DNA of 64,000 bases from Eledone cirrhosa (GCA_964016885.1 OZ024747.1:25668001-25732000), one strand, 5' to 3'; counted from the stretch's first letter, positions 45,356 to 57,324 are shown. Numbers and translations are program-made. Notes: generated by a model from the letters alone, not told the origin.

Positions 45356-45879
45356 GCACAATTTGTCTGATTTCTTGGATGCTGGTGCTGCTTTCTTGGT
45401 TCATCTACTCAGTCCTTCATGTAAGTTAGAACTACACAGCCAACCAACATGCTCACTTAATTTCTATTTCATGTCTCCATATCATCCATATTTAATCCTT
45501 TTGTTACTGTATTTCTTATGAAATACACTATTTCAATTAATGAAGAATTTTCAAAGATTTACTAAAATTATTAACTATTTTATTACTAAGATTGTAATTT
45601 AACATATGGTTCTTATATAAAATCATACTAATAATAAGTCAGCTCTGTCTTATCCTGATGTAGATAAATGAGAAGGGGCTCCAGCAACAGATTTCCATGC
45701 CACACTGTTCCTGGAAGTTTTGTGTGTTTCATTCTCTCTGAGTCAGGCATTATGACTAAAGTAACCAGCAATATGCTTCACATAGCTTGCCTTCTGACTA
45801 TCTTTACTTCTTTTCCAATGTTAAGCAAAATAGGGTGGACTGGGAGCATTTTATTTGGGAGCATTTTATCAGGACTCAG

Positions 45880-46125
45880 GCATGATCACTTTACAGAGTC
45901 TTCTGGGTGCTATTTATTATGGCACCAGCACTACCACTTTCAGAGTTTACTGGGTGCAGTTTACCATGTCACCAGCATTACCACTTACAGAATGTACTGG
46001 GTGAATTTTATTGTGGCATCTGCTCTATCATTTTACAGAGTGTTTCGGATATGCAATTTATCATGACACAAGCATACCACTTTATAGTGTCAACTGGGTG
46101 CATTTTAACACAGCACCAACGCCAG
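45880..46125. repeat. ~43 bp tandem array of a SINE/RTE 3'UTR module
   Basis: Units cactttacagagt..tgggtgc..tt.atggcaccagca, about 5 times. Confidence 0.7.
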
Positions 46126-46569
46126 AATGATCATTATGCTCCTACACATCAAGAAAGGTCACTTCTTGCTGTGTAGGAGCATAATGATCGTGCTAGCATT
46201 GTGCTTTCTCTTCTTACTAAGTAGCAATTTGGTCTTTGCCATGTTAACATTTAGGCCTTAGAACTCAATAGACTAATTCCAGGTTTGAAACATTTTTCAC
46301 ACCATTTAAACATATTCTTCTATGAAAAATGGGCCAGTAGTGTATAAGTTATCGAAAGGATTTCTGTATTAAATTTCTGTATTATAGCTTCTAGAGCTAT
46401 AATGAATAAGAGGACATAAAGTCTAAATCCTTTATAGATATCAACATGCATGTACCATTCCTCCCTAAACTCATAGCTTGCATGACTCTCACAAGTTATT
46501 TAACTAGACACAGTTTTTATATATTGCATATAGGCATATATATAGATATTTATACAATACATAATTACA

Positions 46570-46636
<67 letters not shown>

Positions 46637-46638
<2 letters not shown>

Positions 46639-46971
46639 CATCATTTCATCATCATTTCATTTTACGTCCGCTTTTCCCTGCTTGCAAGGGTGGGACGGGA
46701 ATTGATTCTGGCTTGATTTCTACAGCTGGATGCCCTTCCTAACACCAACCTCATTTACAGTGAGTGGTGGGTGCTTTTTTGCCATAGCACCTCCACGACC
46801 ACTTTACAGTGGAATGATAGGGACCCCAGTCCCTATCATCTCATTTCTACAGCTGAGTAAACTGGAGCAATGTGAAATAAAGTGTCTTGCTCAAGGAAAC
46901 AACACATCACCCGGTCTGAGAATGAGAATTGAACTCACAACCTTTCAATTGCAAGGCCAATGCTCTAACCA

Positions 46972-46972
<1 letters not shown>
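46637..46972 (-). mobile_element. tRNA-derived SINE with RTE tail
   Basis: Near-identical to 44707-45049. Confidence 0.9.
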
Positions 46973-47010
<38 letters not shown>

Positions 47011-47107
47011 TATTACATAATTAATAAGCTCTGTAGCCTACATAGAGCACTCTTTTTTCCTGTACCTTTCCGACGGAAATACTTCATTTATATATATATA
47101 TATATAT

Positions 47108-47560
47108 AAGTGGGGAGTGGGGTGACCCAAGAAGACCTGGGATGAGGTGATAAAAGCCGACCTTACCCAATTACACCTCTCAAAGGCGATGACACGACCG
47201 TGACCTCTGGCGTCACGCAGTAATACAGAGTACCCAACCTCCCATGGGTACAAGCTGAAGCATATAGACAATATGACCCCCACACCCTCTCACTGCAAGG
47301 TGGTCGTGGAGGTGCCATGGCAAAAAAGCACCCAGCCCACACTGTAAAGTGGACGTGTAGGTGCCACGGAAAAAGCACCCAGCACTCACTGTAAATGAGC
47401 TTGGTGTTAGGAAGGGCATCCAGCTGTAGAAATCAAGCCAAAATCAGTTCCTGTATGAGAAAGGCATGGTCAGCCAACCAGACACTGCCCACAACAGGAC
47501 AACCCGCCTAACCCATGCTAGCATGGAAGAACGGACGTAAAACGGTGATGATGCTGATGA

Positions 47561-47563
<3 letters not shown>
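47108..47563 (+). mobile_element. 3' end of RTE subfamily 2 (ORF end + 3'UTR)
   Basis: PKKTWDEVIKADLTQLHLSKAM is homologous to the ORF2 end of the RTE at 48950-49076; (gat)n tail. Confidence 0.85.
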
Positions 47564-47594
<31 letters not shown>

Positions 47595-47596
<2 letters not shown>

Positions 47597-49469
47597 CAGC
47601 ATCATCGTTAACTGTTATAAGGGTAAAGGAGACGCCCTAGATAGGAGTAACTATAGAGGCATTAAATTAATCGACCAGGTCATGAAGGTCACGGAAAAAG
47701 TAATAGCGCAACTAATCAGAGAGAGAATTGACCTAGATGAAATGCAGTTCGGGTTTGTGTCAGACAAAAGTACCACAGATGCTCTTTTCATAGTACGACA
47801 ACTACAGGAGAAGTTCCTAGCTAAAGGTAAACCCCTCTACTTAGCTTTTGTCGACTTGGAGAAAGCCTTCGACAGAGTCCCCCGCTCCATTATCTGGTGG
47901 GCTCTTAGAAAACTAGGCGTTGACGAATGGCTTGTGAGGGCTATACAAGCCATGTATAAAGAAACAGTCAGCAAGGTTAGAATTAACAACGAATATAGTG
48001 AAGAGTTTAGCGTAAAAGTTGGCATCCATCAGGGCTCTGTTCTCAGCCCCCTACTATTTATTATTGCCCTTCAGGCTATAATAGAGGAGTTCAAGACAGG
48101 CTGCCCATGGGAACTCCTATACGCAGACGACCTGACACTCATAGCGGAATCAATGGCCGAGCTAGAGAAGAAATTCCAAACATGGAAGCACGGCCTAGAG
48201 TCAAAAGGACTTAAAATTAACCTGGCTAAGACCAAAGTTCTAGTTTGTAGGAAAGAAAACAAGGCGGCGGTCCCTTCTGGGAAATGGTCGTGCTCGGTGT
48301 GTAGGAAAGGCGTAGGTAGAAACTCCATTTTATGTCCTAAATGCAAAGTATGGGTGCATAAAAGATGTAGTGGGATCACAGGTAAGCTAACTAAGAACAT
48401 AGATTTTACATGTGGCCGGTGTTCTGGTGCAATAAGTAGCAGCAAGTGCCCACAAAATACTAGCTCTTTCAATTGCGCAGAGGGTTCTATAGAAATAGTG
48501 GACAGCTTCCGTTACCTGGGCGATAAAATCAGCAGTGGGGGAGGGTGCTCTGAAAGTACTGTAGCTAGAGTCAGAACTGGTTGGAAAAAGTTCAGAGAGC
48601 TTATACCACTATTAGCTGCTAAAGGGTTCTCCCTAAAAATGAAAGGCAGGTTGTACGATGCCTGCATACGAACAGCAATGTTGCATGGCAGTGAGACCTG
48701 GGCATTGTGTGCAGAGGATATACGCAGACTAGAAAGGAACGAAGCTTGCATGCTCCGCTGGATGTGTAACAGTAATATACGTGAACGGCAAAGCATAAAC
48801 GAACTAAGGAAAAAATTAGAGATAAGAGGGATCAGATGTTGTTTACTCGAGAGAAGGCTACGTTGGTATGGACACGTGATGCGCATGAAAGTCGATAGCT
48901 GTATAACAAAGTGCAGGGCAATAAAGATAGACGGTAGTCACGGAATAGGCAGACCTAGAAAAACCTGGGACGAGCTGATAAACTCCGACATCACACACTT
49001 ACACCTCTCCAAGACAATGTCACTGGACCGAGACCTTTGGCGGTACTCAGTAACAGAGAAGACCCGCCTTACCTAAATATATAGTAAAACCTACTCCAGC
49101 CAGTAGGCATCTCTAACAAAATACACCCCGTCCCACCACCCCCACCCCATCCACACCACCCCATTCTATGTAAAGTTATGTTGGTGCCGCGCCATCCAGG
49201 CCGAAACAAATGAGATCGTGTAGGTGTCACGACAAAAAAACACACAGTCCACGCTGTAATGTGGCCGTGTAGGCAACACGGTAAAAACCTCCCAGACCCA
49301 TACTGTAAATGTGGTTGGTGTTAGGAAGGGCATCCAACTGTAGAAAACCTGCCAGACAGTCCTATGCGAGCAAGACAATCACTCTTGCCTCAAGTGGGAC
49401 TACCCCCGTCCAAACCCATGCAAGCGTGGAACACGGACGTTAAACGTTGATGATGATGATGATGATGAT
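47595..49469 (+). mobile_element. 5'-truncated RTE LINE, sister of 40388-44311 in inverted orientation
   Basis: Begins at SSIIVNCYKGKGD right after (TA)n; 3'UTR and (GAT)n tail match copy 1. Confidence 0.95.
47682..49076 (+). CDS. RTE ORF2 C-terminal half (RT, PHD-type finger, C-terminus), uninterrupted
   Basis: 464 aa ORF with FVDLEKAFDRV, YADD, RYLG, RRLRWYGHVMRM; the frame is open back to about 47595. Confidence 0.85.
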   Translation: MKVTEKVIAQLIRERIDLDEMQFGFVSDKSTTDALFIVRQLQEKFLAKGKPLYLAFVDLEKAFDRVPRSIIWWALRKLGVDEWLVRAIQAMYKETVSKVRINNEYSEEFSVKVGIHQGSVLSPLLFIIALQAIIEEFKTGCPWELLYADDLTLIAESMAELEKKFQTWKHGLESKGLKINLAKTKVLVCRKENKAAVPSGKWSCSVCRKGVGRNSILCPKCKVWVHKRCSGITGKLTKNIDFTCGRCSGAISSSKCPQNTSSFNCAEGSIEIVDSFRYLGDKISSGGGCSESTVARVRTGWKKFRELIPLLAAKGFSLKMKGRLYDACIRTAMLHGSETWALCAEDIRRLERNEACMLRWMCNSNIRERQSINELRKKLEIRGIRCCLLERRLRWYGHVMRMKVDSCITKCRAIKIDGSHGIGRPRKTWDELINSDITHLHLSKTMSLDRDLWRYSVTEKTRLT

Positions 49470-49684
49470 ATATATATATATATATATACCGTATATACTT
49501 TTTTCCTAAAATACTACGCGTCCTCGAGGATGAAGCGTCTTTGGCACCGGGAAATACAGTATATATATGTATATAATATGTGTGTGTGTGTATGTGTGTA
49601 TACTGGGTTCAATTGGGAGTAACCACAATAAGTAAGGTTCTCAATACATAGTAGAGTATATACAATATTTAATAAAGAAATGGC

Positions 49685-49912
49685 TTAACCCTTTACTGTT
49701 CAAACTGGCCAAAACCGGCCAGAATTCTCTACCTCTTTCTGTTGAAACTGGCTGTAACTGGTCGCTCAAACTGATGTTAAGGTATTGTTCTCAAAATAAA
49801 TACTTTCAAAATATCATAGATTCGATATTATGTGAAATAATTATGTGAAGTAAAGCCTTTACGCTGAAAATATAATAGTATATATAAAACAATGTGAATG
49901 GTAAAGGGTTAA
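49685..49912. mobile_element. piggyBac-type MITE
   Basis: TTAACCCTTTAC...GTAAAGGGTTAA; closest to the 23241 copy. Confidence 0.85.
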
Positions 49913-49950
49913 GAGGTCATAAAATGATGATGATGATGATGATAATGATA

Positions 49951-50149
49951 CGAGGGTGGGCTGAAAAGTTCATAAGCTGACTCTAAAAGAGTGATGCTAG
50001 AGCTGTGAAATTTTGCATGCATTAATTTCAACTCTTCTTATTTTCTTATTAATAACTGCATTGTTTCTTTTCAGGGATTATGTTGAAAAATAAACCTTAT
50101 TTGGTCACATTCCATGGCATCAGCCTATGAACTTTTCAGTCGACCCTTA
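49951..50149. mobile_element. Mariner-type MITE/deletion derivative
   Basis: TA-cgagggtgggctgaaaagttcataagctga...tcagcctatgaacttttcagtcgaccctta-TA; ~30 bp TIRs. Confidence 0.85.
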
Positions 50150-50218
50150 TATATACATATATGTAAGTTATTCAGTAATTATGTTGATTATTGGAAGTGA
50201 TACCAATGCGATATGATA

Positions 50219-50400
50219 AAGTTTGACTTTAAAATATTTTTATTTTATATCAACCATTACATAAGTTTCACAGATGATTCACTTGAGATCTATATTGATG
50301 TGATAGACCCGACAATCACATTGATACAGCTCTAAAGCCTATAATCTGTGAAACATATGTATCAGTCGATATACAATAAAAACATTTCGAAGTAAAACTT
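50219..50400. repeat. Imperfect ~60 bp inverted repeat (old MITE-like)
   Basis: aagtttgactttaaaatattttta...tttcacagatgat versus ataatctgtgaaa...taaaaacatttcgaagtaaaactt. Confidence 0.65.
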
Positions 50401-50452
50401 TTTCCATTTCTTCCTCTCTATCCTTCTATTTCTTCTTTTATTTCTTATTCTA

Positions 50453-50488
50453 TCTTCTGGTGAATGACTAATGTCTGAAAAGTTAAGA
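50453..50488 (+). ncRNA. Degenerate minimal hammerhead ribozyme
   Basis: tctt CTGGTGA at gac-taat-gtc t GAAA ag TT aaga; core A6>G. Confidence 0.4.
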
Positions 50489-50841
50489 CTCTTTTCCTAC
50501 CATATCAAGCATCGAAATAATATATGTCTTTATTGTGCTATATTGTTTGCTTTGCTATTTCAATTTACTTTTTGCATATATATATATTCTTCAGTTGATG
50601 AAAGTTGGTTGATCAAATAATCTGCTAACTTTTTCGTAAACTGACATAAAGCACTCAACAGTTTGTATTCCTTAGGATTTTCTCTGTAAGGTATCACCCA
50701 GAGTTTTAGTATAATAATTAAGAGAGATAGATTATTCGTACATCTTTATTTTATTAACTAGATGAGGGGAGGACAACATTTTTGGATCAAGGGCCACATT
50801 GACTGGGCCATGAACACCAGAGGGCAGCACCATTTATTATT

Positions 50842-51143
50842 GAAGACCATTCGCTATCAGTTTTAAAGTCACTACTTTAAAATTGATAGCAAATGGTCTT
50901 CTAAATGCTTTTATTTAAACCTAATTTTTGCTGGACCGGCAATCGTTCTGTGTAATCAGCTCCTGATTATTACTGGAATTCTATAAGAATCCAGCTCCTA
51001 TAATTTTCGGCAAAGGCAGGTGAGTGCGTGGCTTTGATAAACGCCAAGCAGCGAGAAACAGCTGTCAGCCACTCTCCCAGCCCTTGCCAAAAATATAAGT
51101 AAGTGACATAGTCACTACTTTAAAACTGATAGCGAATAGTCTT
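50842..51143. mobile_element. Small TIR element with an extra inverted end
   Basis: gaagaccattcgctatcagttttaaagt has reverse-complement copies at 50874-50901 and 51116-51143. Confidence 0.65.
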
Positions 51144-51231
51144 CTAAATGTTTTTAATTAAACATACGGTATATTGCCAAATATACTATACATACATACA
51201 TTCATGTATACATCGCTATTTCAGAGCACCA

Positions 51232-51269
<38 letters not shown>

Positions 51270-51311
51270 CGATATTAACAAATGGAAACTATATTTATAA
51301 AACCATATTTA

Positions 51312-51372
51312 TTTCATTATACATATTTCAAGGACACCAAGTTAAATTATGGTGTGCTTTCATCAGATAAAA
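51312..51372 (-). ncRNA. Minimal type-I hammerhead ribozyme, conserved core intact
   Basis: ttttat CTGATGA aag-c-acacca/tggtgt-c-ctt GAAA tatgta TA atgaaa. Confidence 0.7.
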
Positions 51373-51444
51373 TATAATATAGAGCAGTTTTATAAATAAA
51401 TATTGATATACCCTTAAAGAATGCGACCATTACTGTTGGAAGCT

Positions 51445-51529
<85 letters not shown>

Positions 51530-51607
51530 TATAAACTTTCTTTCCCCTGTCCATATAAGGCATGAAACTAATAAGACTTTTTGTACCTCTGTTTTGTTAT
51601 TTTCTTG

Positions 51608-51676
<69 letters not shown>

Positions 51677-52289
51677 ACAAAGATATACATATATATATAC
51701 ATTTAACAAACAAACACCTATTGACTATAAACGACTCAAAATAATCCCATGGTTAATAGTTGTGAGTAACAAGCAACATATGCACATAAATACGAACTAC
51801 AACACAAAAACACTTAAATGAAAATCACCTTACATAACACCTTACATAACAAATACCTACATTATCACCACATGCCTCTCTAACAAATTGCACACTATCT
51901 TAAATGTTTATAACAAATATAACATGCTTTTACACCCCCACACAAAATATGTTTATTTCAACTGCAGTATAACTCTTTCCTCATACATGCCTCATTGACT
52001 GTATTGACTCCTGCACTGTACACCAATTGTCCTTGCTTATAACTTCTTTCCCTGTGCTTTTTTTGGCTTGTATTCTTTTTTTTTTGCTTGTGATTTTTTT
52101 GCTTGTGCTTTTTACTTTTACTTATACCTATTACACTTCCAACCAGTGCTGCCTGTAATTGTGTTATTTCAAGTGAAACATCTTTTCAACTCCTGGATCT
52201 CCACATGATGCCTTTGACACTAATAACAACTATGTACCCTAAATGTTCTAAATGACTAGGATTTTAGTAACATGTTTTGACATTCCTTA

Positions 52290-52336
52290 TGCTCCGATGA
52301 TTCCAGACTTCCCCCTGGAAGAAACAATTGTCAGCA
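52290..52336 (+). ncRNA. Minimal type-I hammerhead ribozyme, one core change (U4>C)
   Basis: tgct CCGATGA ttccag/ctggaa GAAA caattg TC agca; palindromic stem III, GUC cleavage triplet. Confidence 0.7.
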
Positions 52337-52754
52337 AATAAATGTTCTAAACTAAAATTTGATCGTTTTAACACTTTGTATCTATATATATATATATTGA
52401 TTCCATCTTGAGTACATATTCTTCTCTGTAATATGTATTTAGTATTTGTACAAGATACTGTCTTCTCTGGATACATGGTCCTTTCTCTCTCCCTATATAC
52501 ATATATCTTCTATATTTGACTTAATATTGCTCTGGATAATGTCTATTGAGCTTGTTTATTGAGAAGCACATAATTTTAACATATTTAATATGTTACATTT
52601 GCATATATATATATATATAGTAATAATAATAAATTTGAAGACTAAAATCCAAAGAGGGCTCGATAAGGATAAATATATATCAAATATATAAGAACCGTAG
52701 AGCAAATATTTATATATATATATATGTATATATGTGTGTGTGTATATATATATA

Positions 52755-53003
52755 TGAGGAGACTGAAGTTAGCTGGACATGCTCACCGACATGCAGAGTT
52801 GACATTGCACTCAGTGCTCCTGTGGGAGCCCCTACATGGACACACTAGAAGAGGAAGACCAAGGTTAACGTATGTTGATGCCCTAAGGACAGACACTGGT
52901 CTGTTGGAGATGCAGGACATGGCACCGATAATGAGGGACAGAGACCGCTGGAGAGAACTCGTCCATGGATCTCGGGAATTTTACCCGCCTTAGATAGATA
53001 GAT
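52755..53003 (+). mobile_element. RTE 3' end fragment (third family), (TAGA)n tail
   Basis: RRLKLAGHAHRH...LLWEP.HG..RRGRPRLTYVD.L..DTG...MRDRDRWR. Confidence 0.85.
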
Positions 53004-53071
53004 ATGTGCGTGTATATATATATTTATATATGTGTATATATGTGTGTATATATATATATATATATGTGTGC

Positions 53072-53118
<47 letters not shown>

Positions 53119-53207
53119 TATGTGTACATTTATTAATGTTGAATTACATCAATGTTTACCGTATATATATATGTATATATTTATTTGTCTATCTATCTAT
53201 CTATCTA

Positions 53208-54298
53208 GCTCAGGCTGCGGCATCTCTACGTATTCCTCACCGGACAACCGGTGTGGTTGTTCATGAGGTGAGCCTTCCCACGACTCGTCTCGCTGACCGA
53301 GCTGCAGTCCTGGGTCAAGCAGAGACCGAGGAAAATGGGCGACTGGCACATCGAATGTGCTCAGGCGCTCACAGCCCTCTGGCAGGCGGACCCGGAGATC
53401 AGTGGAGACTCCACTTCGTCATTCTATAGAGGGTTGGTCCGCAGCAAGTGCGACGACGCGCTCGGTGAAACTCTAGGCGTAGAGGAAGATGAACTGGCCA
53501 GTCTGTTCGGTAGGACCTTCCGCCCGGGACCGATGGACAACTTCCAAAAGTCCCTGGCCTGGCAGTGCTACCGAGGAGCTCTACCAGTTCGAGACAAGCT
53601 CTACAGACATGGGCGCCCGGGCAGGGACCCTGCAAAAAAGATCTGTCCGAGGTGCGTGCGAGACGAAGAAACCGTCGCGCACGCATTCATACACTGCCCG
53701 GGCGTCACTGACCTGTGGGGCTATGTAGAACGACTATTGTCGCGGGTGGGACCAATCCAGTTGACCACCGAGTCCATTGTCATGATCAAACCGCCACCCT
53801 CCTTCAAAAACGAAGGAGAGGCGGTTTTCCTTTGTGTGATAGCTATGGCGAAAGAGGTTGTATGGTGGACAAGGTTGAAAGGGCTGAGGTCAGACACCTT
53901 TCTCTCCGGCCAACAACTGATTCTTTTTTTCAAATACCACTTTGGAAGAAGAATCAGGATGGAGAGAAAGGTGCTGTACCCCAGCAAGTTTTATGAAAGG
54001 TGGGTGAAAGTGGCGAGAATGGCCCGAGTGAATGGGCCTTCTCTCTATATCAGCCTGTAGGTTGAGGAAAAGGAGGAGGAGAGGAAAGGAGTACAAGCTC
54101 TTCGTACTCCTGGAGATGAGGGTTGCACATTTTTTTTCGGGGGTATGTGTTACCCATATAAACTGTCTACCTCTAATGGGGAAAATCGACTAACTTTTAA
54201 ATTCCATCTGTGATAACATTTTACACGTTTTTATTGTATGTAAACTTCCCCCTTTGTATTTGTCCCCTTCTTTTGTGCCCCTGTGGCTAATAAAGAAA
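53208..54298 (+). mobile_element. 5'-truncated Tx1/L1-type LINE, 3' end with CCHC zinc knuckle
   Basis: [16 protein letters not shown]...CPRC...[10 protein letters not shown]; 3'UTR ends aataaagaaa; (TCTA)n on both sides. Confidence 0.9.
53335..54060 (+). CDS. Tx1/L1 ORF2 C-terminal fragment (zf-RVT-like)
   Basis: 241 aa ORF; the frame extends upstream to LRLRHL through one TGA. Confidence 0.75.
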   Translation: MGDWHIECAQALTALWQADPEISGDSTSSFYRGLVRSKCDDALGETLGVEEDELASLFGRTFRPGPMDNFQKSLAWQCYRGALPVRDKLYRHGRPGRDPAKKICPRCVRDEETVAHAFIHCPGVTDLWGYVERLLSRVGPIQLTTESIVMIKPPPSFKNEGEAVFLCVIAMAKEVVWWTRLKGLRSDTFLSGQQLILFFKYHFGRRIRMERKVLYPSKFYERWVKVARMARVNGPSLYISL

Positions 54299-54319
54299 TC
54301 TATCTATCTATCTATCTAT

Positions 54320-54904
54320 CTGTGGGGCTATGTAGAACGACTATTGTCGCGGGTGGGATCAATCTGGTTGACCACCGAGTCCATTGTCATGATCAAACCG
54401 CCACCCTCCTTCAAAAATGAAGGAGAGGCGGTTTTCCTTTGTGTGATAGCTATGGCGAAAGAGGTTGTATGGTGGACAAGGTTGAAAGGGCTGAGGTCAG
54501 ACACCTTTCTCTCCGGCCAACAACTGATTCTTTTTTTCAAATACCACTTTGGAAGAAGAATCAGGATGGAGAGAGAGGTGCTGTACCCCAGCAAGTTTTA
54601 TGAAAGGTGGGTGAAAGTGGCGAGAATGGCCCGAGTGAATGGGCCTTCTCTATATATCAGCCTGTAGGTTGAGGAAAAGGAGGAGGAGAGGAAAGGAGTA
54701 CAAACTCTTCGTACTCCTGGAGATGAGGGTTTCACATTTTTTCGGGGGTATGTGTTACCCGTATGAACTGTCTCCCCCTATTGGGGAAAATCGACTAATT
54801 TTTTAAATTGCATTTGTGATAACATTTTACACGTTTTTATTGTATGTAAACTTCCCCCTTTGTATTTGTCCCTTTCTTTTGTGCCCCTGTGGCTAATAAA
54901 GAAA
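54320..54904 (+). mobile_element. Second, shorter tandem copy of the Tx1/L1-type 3' end
   Basis: Matches 53713-54298 with few differences; again followed by (TATC)n. Confidence 0.9.
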
Positions 54905-56441
54905 CATATCTATCTATCTCTATTTAGCTATCTATCAACATACACATGCACTAGCTGATCTATCTGAAATGTCCTAAGTTTAGCAAGTGTGAAATTATAA
55001 AAACACATATAAAACCAATGAACCATATATAGCCAACATTAATAATTTCAAAAATCTATTGTTTTTGTAATAAAAATGTATTTTTAATACTAAATCTTAA
55101 AATTTGATGGCTTTGTTAAAAAAAAATAATCATCCTATTTTTTCATTATGTATCTGCAAACTCATTATTTAAATTCTAATGGGAAATATATTATCATGGT
55201 ATCATTTTGGAAATATATCATTTTGGAAATATATTATCATGGTATCATCATAATCATCATCACCATCATGATCATCATCGTCATCATCATCATCGTCATC
55301 ATCATCATCTTCATCATCATCACATCATCCTCATCATTGTCACTTAACATCCATTTTTCTATACTGGCATGGGTTGGACAGTTTGTCACAGACAATGTCT
55401 GTGTTGAATAAGAGCTACTGTCCACCCAGACAGGCCAGGGGCCACGTCCTGCTTATCTATGTTCTGGTTTTGGCATGATTTCTACAGCTGGATGTCCTTC
55501 CTATCACTAACCCCTTTATAGAATGTACTGGGTACATTTTATCATGGCACCATCACTAGGGAGGTTGCTGTGCCCTTGACACAACAGAAGTTTTAGACAA
55601 AATATTAAACACTATTTAGTTTAGTTTTTTAATCTATTAAGATTTGGTTTAAAATCTTGCTGGGGTTGACTTTGCTATTAATTAATCTGGAGTTGGGGTG
55701 GGGGCTATAAAATATGTATCAGTGAAGTAGTTTAAATATGATCTATACTGTGTACTTGGTTGAGAATAAGTATACCATATCCATGTGTATCGTAAAAGAC
55801 GGTTAAAAAGGGTGGTGTCATAAAGGGCACCCAGTCATATGATATTGCCTTAAAAAGGACCCAACATCATGGGTCCCACACCTGCTTTAGTAAGGAGTAT
55901 GACCTTAAAATACTTGTTGTTGTGGTTGATGTTGTGATCTATACTGTCAGTATTCCAGATTGTTACTCTTATCAGCATTTACAGACTGTGACTAGCAAGT
56001 CAATATACAGGAAGTGTGTCTCTATCAAGTTTATATCTATTGCTTATGTTTATTCATTTAAAGTCTACAACATATCTATCTATCAAGTTAAGATCTTCAG
56101 GCTGTGATCTATTTTATTAATGTCTGCAGGCTATGGTCCATTGAGTATATGATTGATCTGTCTATCACATCAATAGCTTCAGATCATGATCTATAAATCA
56201 ACCAGTGTCTATCAGAAAACTTTGTCTATTCATAGCCAGTGTTTATAGATATTGTATATAGAGTATTGTATAGGTGTGTGTCTTAGAGGTTAGGATAATT
56301 AGTTTACAATTGGAAAGTCTTGAGTTCAATTCCTAGCAGTGAATTGTGTCCTTCAGCAAGACACTTTATTTCACATTACTCCAGTTTATATAACTGGCCT
56401 TGTCACTCATTGTGTTATGCTGAATCTACTCAAGAATTGCA

Positions 56442-56663
56442 TTAACCCTTTAACATTTACATTACTCTATATACACTATTATATTTTCACAGTAAACACT
56501 TTATTATCTCACTAATATTGAATCTATGAAATTTTGATATTATTTATTTTGAGAACAATACCTTAACATAAGTATGAGCAGCCAGTTATGGCTGATTAGA
56601 ACAGAAAGAGGTGAGAGAATTCTGGTGGGATATGGCCAGCCGGTTTAAATGCTAAAGGGTTAA
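56442..56663. mobile_element. piggyBac-type MITE nested in a SINE
   Basis: TTAA duplicated; SINE sequence (aagaattgca-TTAA-gggtgcacgtgtc) resumes across it. Confidence 0.85.
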
Positions 56664-57237
56664 GGGTGCACGTGTCAATGGAATACTCAACCATTTGCCC
56701 TTTCAGCAATACAAGATGGATTACACCTGTAATTCAAAGGGCCAGCCTTGTCACATACTGTGTCATTCTGAATTTCTCTGAGAACTATATTAAGGATGTA
56801 TGTATCTGTGAAATGTTCAGCCACTTACACTATAATACATGATGGACTTATACCTGTAATTCAATGGATCAGTCTTGTCACTGTGCTATGCTGAATCTCA
56901 AAGAGAACTACATCATGTGTACATGTATCTGTGGAATGCTCAGACACTTGAATGTTGATTTCATGAGCAGGCTGTTCTGTTGTTCAAACAACTAGAACAG
57001 TCATCATCAGTCCAACAAACACAGAATATTGATTCATGCCTTTTAGAGTGTGGAAAACCAGAATATAATATTATTACTATATTTATTTACATAAATTATC
57101 AAAAGATAGAATGCTTTTGTGATATGATTTGTTTTTGTTCTCTGCATTCTCTGAGTTCAAATCTTGCTGATATCAAATTTTCCTTTCATTCTTTTGAAGT
57201 TGATAAAAGAAAGTGCCAGTCTAGTACTGAGGTCAAT

Positions 57238-57324
<87 letters not shown>

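Noticed and set aside
45055-46125. CRISPR-like periodic arrays (also 7300-7677)
   Set aside because: Whole units are diverged tandem copies without unique spacers, there are no cas genes, and the context is eukaryotic.
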